Below are positions 31,440-38,710 of a stretch of DNA of 38,710 nt, in pieces. The stretch's first letter is position 1. Every line of letters starts with the position of its first letter. This DNA comes from a virus (Duplodnaviria > Caudoviricetes). Where the stretch lies: positions 1 through 38,710 of the IMG/VR virus record IMGVR_UViG_3300044260_000033; one strand, given 5' to 3'. Made by a program: the position numbers and the translations under genes. The notes under the pieces were generated by a model. That model was not told the origin of the DNA, searched no databases, and was given only the letters and a program-made list of their open reading frames with translations.

Positions 31440-33838
31440 GCACGATCGGTGAGCTGCTCGTCCGCATCGGCGTCGACACCAAGCCGCTGACCGCCGGCAT
31501 CGCGCAGGCGCGCGGGGAGCTGGCCGCTCTCGACGGCGCCGGCGCGGCCGGTGGCGGCGGTCTCGCGAACCTCGGGAAGGCGGCCGGCGTCGCCGGAGCG
31601 GCGGTCGCCGCAGGAGCCGCGATCATCGGCGTCGAGGCGGTCAAGTCGGCCGCGTCGTTCAACGACGCGATGACGCAGATCCAGACGCAGGCCGGCGCGA
31701 CCGCGGCGCAGGTCGACCAGTTCAAGGGCCAGGTGCTCGACCTCGCGACCGTCGTCCCGCAGGGACCGGACGCTCTCGCGGCCGGCCTGTACCACGTCGT
31801 CTCGGCCGGCTACGCCGGCGCGCAGGCGATGGACGTCCTGAAGCTCGCCGCGGAGGGCGCGTCGGTCGGCCACGCCGACCTGGAGTCGACGACCAACGCG
31901 CTGATCGCCGCGCTCAAGTCCGGCGTCGGCGGCGTCCAGAACGCGTCGCAGGCGATGGGGGTGCTCAACAGCATCGTCGGCGCCGGGAACATGCGGATGC
32001 AGGACCTCACGGACGCGATGGGGACCGGCGTCCTGTCGACGGCGAAGAACTACGGTGTCAGCATCCAGGACGTCGGCGCGGCGATGGCGTCGATGACGAC
32101 GCAGGGCGTCCCGGCGATCGACGCGGCGACGCGGATCAACTCGGCGATGCGGTTGATGGCAGCGCCGACGTCGGCGGCGCAGAAGGCGCTCGCCTCGATC
32201 GGGATCACGTCGACGCAGCTCGCGACCGACATGCGTCAGCCGCAGGGGATGCTCGTCGCGCTGACCGACCTGAAGACGCACATGGCGACCGGCGTCCCGA
32301 ACGCGGTCAAGCAGATGGTCGCGTCCATCGAGGCGTCGAGCAAGAAGCCCGCGGACGCGATCAAGAGCATCACCAAGGAGCTGACAGGTCTCGGGTTCAC
32401 CGGCGCGCAGGTGCAGGACGCGCTGAAGGGGCACTTCGACAAGCTGAACCTCTCGGCCGAGCAGCAGGCGGCGCTGATCGCGCACGCGTTCGGCGGCAAG
32501 CAGTCCGGAGCCATCCTGACGCTGATCGGGAACCTCGGCCTGCTCGGCGACAAGGAGAAGCTCGTGGCGGCCGGCGCCGGCTCGTTCGGCGACGCGTGGA
32601 CCGCGACGCAGGAGGACACGAAGGTCCAGGCCGAGCAGCTGAAGGCCACGTTCGACTCGCTGATGGTCTCCATCGGCGAGGGGCTCATCCCGGCCGTCAA
32701 CGCGATCGTCCAGGCCATCGCTCCGGTCCTCAAGGGGATGGCCGACTTCGCCCGTCAGAACCCGCAGCTCGCCGGCGTGATCCTCGTCGTCGTCGGCGCG
32801 CTCGGCGCGCTCGCGGCCGCGATCGCGTTCCTCGGTCCGGTGTTCGGCGCCATCGGCGCGGCGGTCGGAGCGGTCGGCGTCGTGCTCGGCTCGCCGATCC
32901 TCGTCCCCATCGCGGCGATCGTCGCGGCGCTCGTCCTGCTCGTGACGCACTGGCAGGACGTCCTGAACGGCGTCCAGGTGGTCGTCAACGCCATCGCGTC
33001 GTTCGTCGCCGGAGCCGGTCAGGCCATCTCCGGTCTCGGCGACCTGATCGGCCAGGTGTTCAACAGCGTGCTCGGCGCGATCCAGTCGGTCATCGCGACC
33101 ATCGGGAGCATCATCGGCTCGGCGATCGACGCGTGGGTGACGCTCTACATCCGCATCCCGATGCGCATCGCGTCGTTCGTGACCGGCGTCATCGGCCACT
33201 TCCTCGACCTCGCGTCCCGCGGTCTCGGCATCGTGACCTCGTTCGTCGGCTCGGTCGTCTCGTTCATCCTCGGCATCCCGGGCAAGGTGGTCGGGCTCGT
33301 CGCCGGCGTCGTCGGGACGTTCGTCCAGTGGGAGCAGCAGGGCATCGCGACGGTGCTCGGGTTCGTCGGGCAGGTCGTCTCGTTCGTGCTCGGCATCCCC
33401 GGCAAGATCATCGGCGGTCTCTCGGCCGGTTTCGCGAACCTCGCCCGAGCGGCGATCAGCGCGTTCATGAACATCTTCGGCGGCATCGTCGACAAGGTCA
33501 AGGGCGTCATCGGCTCGATCCCCGGCATCGGCGCGATCGTCGGGGCGGCCGGCAACGTCGGCTCGGCGCTCGCCGGTCTCGTCCCGCACCTCGGGACCGG
33601 CTCTCCGTTCATCCCGCAGGACATGCTCGCTTTCCTCCATAAGGGGGAGATGGTCGTCCCGGCGGGACCGGCAGACGCGCTCCGGGGCGCGCAGGGCTCT
33701 TCGTCAGCCTTCGGCGCTCCGAGCAGGACGACGAACGTCGCGGCGATCAACGTCTACAACCCCGCGCCGGAGCCGGCGAGCACCTCGGTCCGGCGCGAGG
33801 TCGCCAAGCTGCAGCAGCTGACAGCGTTCGGGTACTGA
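31436..33838 (+). CDS. Tape measure protein (TP901-like)
   Basis: IGELLVRIGVD N-terminus, AASFNDAM, LYHVVSAG, amphipathic repeats, AFLHKGEMVVPA. Confidence 0.9.
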   Translation: MSTIGELLVRIGVDTKPLTAGIAQARGELAALDGAGAAGGGGLANLGKAAGVAGAAVAAGAAIIGVEAVKSAASFNDAMTQIQTQAGATAAQVDQFKGQVLDLATVVPQGPDALAAGLYHVVSAGYAGAQAMDVLKLAAEGASVGHADLESTTNALIAALKSGVGGVQNASQAMGVLNSIVGAGNMRMQDLTDAMGTGVLSTAKNYGVSIQDVGAAMASMTTQGVPAIDAATRINSAMRLMAAPTSAAQKALASIGITSTQLATDMRQPQGMLVALTDLKTHMATGVPNAVKQMVASIEASSKKPADAIKSITKELTGLGFTGAQVQDALKGHFDKLNLSAEQQAALIAHAFGGKQSGAILTLIGNLGLLGDKEKLVAAGAGSFGDAWTATQEDTKVQAEQLKATFDSLMVSIGEGLIPAVNAIVQAIAPVLKGMADFARQNPQLAGVILVVVGALGALAAAIAFLGPVFGAIGAAVGAVGVVLGSPILVPIAAIVAALVLLVTHWQDVLNGVQVVVNAIASFVAGAGQAISGLGDLIGQVFNSVLGAIQSVIATIGSIIGSAIDAWVTLYIRIPMRIASFVTGVIGHFLDLASRGLGIVTSFVGSVVSFILGIPGKVVGLVAGVVGTFVQWEQQGIATVLGFVGQVVSFVLGIPGKIIGGLSAGFANLARAAISAFMNIFGGIVDKVKGVIGSIPGIGAIVGAAGNVGSALAGLVPHLGTGSPFIPQDMLAFLHKGEMVVPAGPADALRGAQGSSSAFGAPSRTTNVAAINVYNPAPEPASTSVRREVAKLQQLTAFGY

Positions 33839-33841
33839 CAG

Positions 33842-34645
33842 ATGACAGCGATCCTCAACCGCTGGGGGTTCCGGGGGGCTCTCCTGAACCGCTCCGACCT
33901 CCGGGTCCGGCAGATGACCGGCGTCAACGCGGTCCCGGCGCTCCGCGGCAAGGACTTCCTGACGATGAACCGGACCGGCCAGCTCTGGGTCCGGAAGGTC
34001 TCCGACTCGCGGCGCATCGCGCTGGAGCTGCTCCTGACCGACGTGTACCGCGGCGGGGAGATCCAGACGCTGCTCGACGAGCTGGCAACGCTGTTCGCCG
34101 ACCGAGCGCAGGGCGCGCTCGTCCACTACCACCCGGACGGGACGGTCCGGACCGCGCAGGCCGAGGTCGTCGACTGGATGCCGGCCGACTCCAAGGCGAA
34201 CATCGGCGCGCTCTACCTCGGCGTGGCCGACTTCCACCTGTCGGACCCGTGGTTCTACACGCCGGCGGTCGCCGTGACCGCGAGCATCCCGTCCTCCCCG
34301 ACGTCGTTCTCGTTCACCAACCCGGGGAACGCGTACCCGTGCGGACCGCAGGGCACGCTGACGCTCGACCTGCTCGGACCGATCAGCAACCCGGTGATCA
34401 CGAACACGACGAACGGCGTCAGCGTCACGATCAACGTCGTCGTCGCGGCGACCAAGCACCTGATCATCGACGTCGCGGCGTACACCGCGCTGAACGACGG
34501 CGTCAACGCGATTGGCTCGGTCCAGCACTCCGGCGCGACGGACTTCATGGTCCTCCAGCCCGGTCTCAACACCCTGAGCGTGACCGGGACCGGGATGACC
34601 GGAGCGACCGCGATCACCGTGACCTACACCCCACCCTACGTCTGA
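33842..34645 (+). CDS. Distal tail protein (Dit-like)
   Basis: Directly after TMP; F..SDPWFY, TNPGN, GPISNPVITN, LQPGLNTL. Confidence 0.75.
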   Translation: MTAILNRWGFRGALLNRSDLRVRQMTGVNAVPALRGKDFLTMNRTGQLWVRKVSDSRRIALELLLTDVYRGGEIQTLLDELATLFADRAQGALVHYHPDGTVRTAQAEVVDWMPADSKANIGALYLGVADFHLSDPWFYTPAVAVTASIPSSPTSFSFTNPGNAYPCGPQGTLTLDLLGPISNPVITNTTNGVSVTINVVVAATKHLIIDVAAYTALNDGVNAIGSVQHSGATDFMVLQPGLNTLSVTGTGMTGATAITVTYTPPYV

Positions 34646-34655
34646 GGACCGACCG

Positions 34656-34982
34656 ATGCCCAAGGCGAAGCAGCTGACCGGACGAGCGGCGATCGTCGAC
34701 GACGACGAGACCGCGTGGCGAGCCGAGTACCACCGGCGGCTCGTCCATCCGGACCCGCAGGAGGTCCCTCCGCTCCCGACGTGGACGGCGTCCGAGCACG
34801 TGACGCGCGAGCTGCTCGGCCGGTTCATCGAGAACCGCGAGACCGGCGTCGTCCACGACGTCCGGAACGCGACGCCGGCGTGCGACGTCGACGGGATCGC
34901 GCGCGGGACGTTCTACCACTTCATCTCTGAGGTCCCAGCCAGCCTGACCGACTGCGCGCACTGCATCGGAGCCGAGCGATGA
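34656..34982 (+). CDS. Hypothetical protein with His/Cys motif
   Basis: TGVVH...C...CAHC; GAGGA RBS. Confidence 0.55.
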   Translation: MPKAKQLTGRAAIVDDDETAWRAEYHRRLVHPDPQEVPPLPTWTASEHVTRELLGRFIENRETGVVHDVRNATPACDVDGIARGTFYHFISEVPASLTDCAHCIGAER

Positions 34983-35848
34983 CCTATCCGGCGATCCCCG
35001 ACCGGCACATGCCCTACGACAACGACGGGACGGTCGTCCTGCAGCGCGAGGACTACCCGATCACCGGCCAGTCGCAGTTCTACCCGACCGGCGTGAACCT
35101 CCAGCAGTGGAACGGCTACGCGAACGTCATCACGTCGGCCGGCGCGACGTACGACTACTCCACGATCCTGTTCTTCTTCCCGGAGCAGCGAGAGGTCTCG
35201 GCGCTGTTCGTCGCGGCGGTGACGACGCCGTTCTCGGGGCTGGCGTTCTTCTACTGCGAGGGCAGCAACAACACGACGAACGGGAACGACGGGACGTGGG
35301 AGACCGCGACGCTCGGGACGCCTCCGACGGTCGCCAACAACTTCCCGCCCAAGACGTGGGACTGCTGGCGCTCGCTGATCGGGACGGTCTCGTTCACCGG
35401 ACCGAAGGCGACGCTCCGGCTCCGCGCGGCGCCGAACAACCCGGCCGCCGGGTGGGCCGGCTGGAGCATCGTCCACGTCTACGGTCAGAAGGCCGCCGGC
35501 CAGACGCCGGACGACGTGATCTTCCTCGACCAGGCGACCGCATACGCGGAGTTCACGACCGATCTCGACTTCGGCGACCGGCCGCTCGGGACGACGTCGG
35601 TCCACCAGTTCAAGGTGAAGAACGCGTCGGCGACGCACACGGCGAACACCATCAACATCCAGTGCAACGACGCTGACTTCGCCATCTCGACCGACGGCGT
35701 GACCTACGTGAACACGATCAACATCGCGTCGCTCGCGGCCGGCGCGAGCAGCAACGTGCTCTACGTCCGGAACACGACGCCGAACCCGGGCGCCGCGCTC
35801 GGTCCGCGGTTCGCTCGGATCGTCGTCACGGTGGCGTCCTACACATGA
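34979..35848 (+). CDS. Minor tail protein
   Basis: Beta-rich; discoidin-like EGSNNTTNG.DGTW and C-terminal Ig-like LDFGD...FKVKN. Confidence 0.6.
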   Translation: MTYPAIPDRHMPYDNDGTVVLQREDYPITGQSQFYPTGVNLQQWNGYANVITSAGATYDYSTILFFFPEQREVSALFVAAVTTPFSGLAFFYCEGSNNTTNGNDGTWETATLGTPPTVANNFPPKTWDCWRSLIGTVSFTGPKATLRLRAAPNNPAAGWAGWSIVHVYGQKAAGQTPDDVIFLDQATAYAEFTTDLDFGDRPLGTTSVHQFKVKNASATHTANTINIQCNDADFAISTDGVTYVNTINIASLAAGASSNVLYVRNTTPNPGAALGPRFARIVVTVASYT

Positions 35849-36255
35849 GCGGCGGCGCGGCGACCTACTACGGCAACGCGATCCTCGACCTGATCGGCCA
35901 GGGGTTCACCCCGCCGGCGACGGTCTACTGGGCGCTGTTCTCCGTCGCTCCGACCGACACGACGTCCGGGACCGAGCTGACCGCCGGCGCGGCTCCCGGC
36001 TACGCCCGAGTGGCCGTAACCAACAACGCGACGCAGTTCCCGAACGCGTCGAGCGCGACCAAGGCGGTGGCCAACGCGGTCGTGTTCCCGACGAACAGCG
36101 GCGGCGGCGCGTGGCCGGCCGTCGTCGCGTGGGCGCTGTTCGACGCGTCGACCGCCGGGAACATGCTCATCTGGGGGACCGCCAACAGCCTCGCGTGCCC
36201 GGCCGGACAGGCGATCACGATCCCCGCGTCGACGACGTTCGCCTCGGTGGCCTAG
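35845..36255 (+). CDS. Minor tail / tail-fibre-associated protein
   Basis: VYWALF...GTEL...GYARVAV...ALFDASTAGNML. Confidence 0.65.
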   Translation: MSGGAATYYGNAILDLIGQGFTPPATVYWALFSVAPTDTTSGTELTAGAAPGYARVAVTNNATQFPNASSATKAVANAVVFPTNSGGGAWPAVVAWALFDASTAGNMLIWGTANSLACPAGQAITIPASTTFASVA

Positions 36256-37257
36256 ATGCCGAACCTGACCATCCAGCCGGCGGCGGTCGTCGTCACCGGC
36301 TCGGTCCAGCGGCTCCAGAGCGGGCCGGGCGCGCGCTCGCTCTACGTGATCGAGAACAAGGGGATGGAGGCGCTGTTCGCCGGCCTGACGCCCTACTCCC
36401 GCGGGCTCTATCTCGTCGAGAACGAGGGCGTGCAGGCGCTCTCGGTCGCGGCGCGGAGCCTCTACGCCATCGAGGATAAGGGCATCCAGGCGCTCTCGGT
36501 CGTCGCACGCGCGGTCTACGTCGTCGAGGAGACGCGGGATCTCCCGGTACAGCCGTGGCTCCTGAAGCTCGACCCCGGAGCGCAGTATCCGCTCGGAGCG
36601 GTCGACCTCTACGGCGACGGGCTCGGACAGTTCACGGAGGTCGCGGCCGGCTCGACGATCACGGCGTCGTCGACGAACGGCGGGAACGTCCCCGGCAACA
36701 CGGTCATCCGGACGTCGGCGCTCAACCAGTGGAAGTCGAACGACGGCAACACCGCGTGGATCAGGTTCACGTTCGGCTCTCCTCAGACCATCTACGGGGT
36801 CGCGCTCGAGGACACCATCTACGATGCCGTGAACGCGTGGGGCACGCCGCTGTTCCGGTTCTCGGACGGCGGTGCCGACGTCGTCGGCGGCTCCGGCGTC
36901 CCGCAGCCGACGGCGTTCTACCGGCCGACCGAGTACCCCGTCGGAGCGGTCCGGACGCTCTACGTCCTGCCGACCGAGCGGACCGGGATCACCTGGATCG
37001 AGGTCCGGGTCTACCTGACGTCCGGCGGCGGGACCAACCGCGGGCTCTCGCAGGTCTGGGTGCTCGCGGATCAGGGCCAGAACGCCGAGGCGTCGGTCGC
37101 GCTCCTGAACGCGCTCTCGATGGGCACGACCGGACCGTGGCTGAACCGATCGCCCAACTGGTGGCCGGCCAACTCCGGCGTCCCGGTCGCGAAGGCCGTG
37201 ACGGTGATCGTCCCGTCGACCGGCGTCTCGGGGCTCGTCAAGGTCCAGGAGTCGTGA
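36256..37257 (+). CDS. Minor tail protein with N-terminal repeats and a discoidin-like domain
   Basis: Four R.LY..E repeats; ITASST...QWKS...AWIRFTF. Confidence 0.6.
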   Translation: MPNLTIQPAAVVVTGSVQRLQSGPGARSLYVIENKGMEALFAGLTPYSRGLYLVENEGVQALSVAARSLYAIEDKGIQALSVVARAVYVVEETRDLPVQPWLLKLDPGAQYPLGAVDLYGDGLGQFTEVAAGSTITASSTNGGNVPGNTVIRTSALNQWKSNDGNTAWIRFTFGSPQTIYGVALEDTIYDAVNAWGTPLFRFSDGGADVVGGSGVPQPTAFYRPTEYPVGAVRTLYVLPTERTGITWIEVRVYLTSGGGTNRGLSQVWVLADQGQNAEASVALLNALSMGTTGPWLNRSPNWWPANSGVPVAKAVTVIVPSTGVSGLVKVQES

Positions 37258-37258
37258 C

Positions 37259-38710
37259 GTGCCGCGGCTGAGCAACGGCCTGTTCCTCGACGTTCTCTCG
37301 GCGCGGCCGCAGGCCGGCGTCCCGCTGGAGATCACCGTCTGGGACGGCGCGAACCCGGCCAACATGCTCGCGCAGCTCCAGAACGCGTCCGGCATCCAGT
37401 TCCAGCACGTCCAGAGCGACGTCGGCTCCGGCATCTTCCGCATCCCGATCGCCGACCCGAAGGCGACGACGGCGAACATCCGGGAGGGGAACCTCGTCAA
37501 GGTCCGGCTGAACGACGTCGACGTGTTCCCGTACTTCATCGAGGCGCCGCGGCTCGTCATCGCCGAGTCGGGCGACTCGCTCTGGGAGCTGAAGGGCGGC
37601 GGGGCGCTCGGCTATCTCCAGCAGGGCGTCGTGTACCCGCCGGGATGGCCGACGCCGACCGGGACCGACCGCGTCTGGACGTCGGCGACCGCCGGGACCG
37701 TCCTGAAGACCATCATCGACGAGGCGCAGGCGCGCGGCGCGCTGACGCACATCACCTACGACTTCACGGCGTCGGTCGACTCGCTCCACGACCCGTGGGA
37801 CGCGAACCTGACGCTGACGACGCACGCCGGCACGACGGTGCTCGACGTCGTCCGGCAGCTCGTCGCGCTCGGGATCGACGTCGAGGTCACGCCGAACCTC
37901 GTGTTCCGGGCCTACAAGGCCGGGACGTTCGGCCGGGACCTGAGCACGTCGGTGATCTTCCGGAGCGGCCGGCACATCGTCGGCGACGTCCAGAAGGTCG
38001 GCATCCGGAGCGCGCTGCAGAACGCCGAGCTGGTGGAGGGCGCGGCCGGGAAGTTCGTCGAGGTCAACGACCCGACGTCGCAGGCCGATCCGTACACCGG
38101 CCGGCGGGAGGGCGGTCTCCGGTTCACGTCGTCGAGCGACCCGACGACGCTCTCCAACGCCGGCTCCGCGCAGATCGCGCTCTCGCAGGCCGACTCAAAC
38201 GCGGTCTCCGTCCCGCTAGAGCACGGGACCGACGCCGGGAACTTCACGCCGTACGCGGACTATGAGCCCGGCGACTGGGTGGCGCTCGACGTGCCCGGCC
38301 AGTACGCGGCGCAGCGGTTCCAGCTCCGCGCACTGACGCTGACGCAGCTCGACAACGCCAACTACGGGATCACGGCCGACCTGAACGCGGTCGCGATCGA
38401 CTACCTCGTGCGGCTCCGCAACGCGCTGGCGAGCACGTCCGGGACCGGCGCCGGCGCGACGTCCGGCGGCTCGGTCTCCGGCTCGCTCGGTCTCGGCTCG
38501 CCGGTCCCGGTCACGGTCCCGCTGACCGGGAACCCGGCGACGAACAGCGCGCCCGGCGACGTCGCCGCGGCCGGGACCGGGATCTCGTCGGCGCGCGACG
38601 ACCACCGGCACGGCCGCGAGTCGTTCGGGCTGCTCGCCGACATCGTCGCGATCACGTCGACCGGAGCGGCCGGGACGAGCGCGAAGGTCCCGCACGCCGA
38701 CCACGCGCAC
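37259..38710 (+). CDS. Baseplate hub / Tal-like minor tail protein (continues into 169-201; about 494 aa; missed by the ORF track)
   Basis: GTG 37259 open to the window end: MPRLSNGLFLDV...SDVGSGIFRI...EGNLVKV...PYADYEPGDWVAL; no in-frame stop seen. Confidence 0.75.
   Translation, partial: MPRLSNGLFLDVLSARPQAGVPLEITVWDGANPANMLAQLQNASGIQFQHVQSDVGSGIFRIPIADPKATTANIREGNLVKVRLNDVDVFPYFIEAPRLVIAESGDSLWELKGGGALGYLQQGVVYPPGWPTPTGTDRVWTSATAGTVLKTIIDEAQARGALTHITYDFTASVDSLHDPWDANLTLTTHAGTTVLDVVRQLVALGIDVEVTPNLVFRAYKAGTFGRDLSTSVIFRSGRHIVGDVQKVGIRSALQNAELVEGAAGKFVEVNDPTSQADPYTGRREGGLRFTSSSDPTTLSNAGSAQIALSQADSNAVSVPLEHGTDAGNFTPYADYEPGDWVALDVPGQYAAQRFQLRALTLTQLDNANYGITADLNAVAIDYLVRLRNALASTSGTGAGATSGGSVSGSLGLGSPVPVTVPLTGNPATNSAPGDVAAAGTGISSARDDHRHGRESFGLLADIVAITSTGAAGTSAKVPHADHAH
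38543..38710. repeat. Terminal direct repeat (copy 2)
   Basis: Matches 1-168 with one mismatch. Confidence 0.95.

Noticed and set aside
3219-37560. Many long minus-strand and alternate-frame ORFs (e.g. 3219-5552, 7430-9244, 21534-23714, 31424-33640)
   Set aside because: Arg/Gly/Pro-rich shadow ORFs expected at high GC; no motifs or RBS; they overlap well-supported + strand genes. Only 10567-11733 carries conserved motifs

Overview
This window looks like a complete, circularly permuted ~38.5 kb genome of a tailed dsDNA phage (siphovirus-like) from a high-GC host (about 70% GC or more, by eye). Bases 1-168 repeat bases 38543-38710 with one mismatch, and a minor tail gene runs across the junction. 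Every credible gene is on the + strand, and I see no integrase or classical repressor. The early/middle region (2.1-16.8 kb) encodes a MoxR/CobS-like AAA+ and vWA pair, an Xis-like HTH, a YqaJ exonuclease with an annealing protein, a CmoA-like enzyme, a C5 DNA methyltransferase, an HNH, a replication initiator with an internal origin-like array, UDG-like, VRR-NUC and RlpA-like proteins. It is followed by a structured non-coding region (16.8-16.95 kb), lysis genes (PLD-family protein, GH25 endolysin, holin), an HNH-terminase ORF, a portal-ParB fusion, head and tail genes. Best candidates for new biology: (1) a probable DNA carboxymethylation system, with a CmoA-like Cx-SAM synthase plus a C5-MTase carrying Arg at the motif X Asn position and split over two overlapping reading frames; (2) a 9-mer GGAGACGAG at the translation start of eight genes between 2.1 and 17 kb, whose exact complement is displayed in a hairpin loop of a candidate small RNA, suggesting an RNA-based multi-target translational switch; (3) an Acb2/Tad1-like anti-defence sponge gene inserted in the tail operon. 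All family calls come from motif recognition by eye, not database searches.
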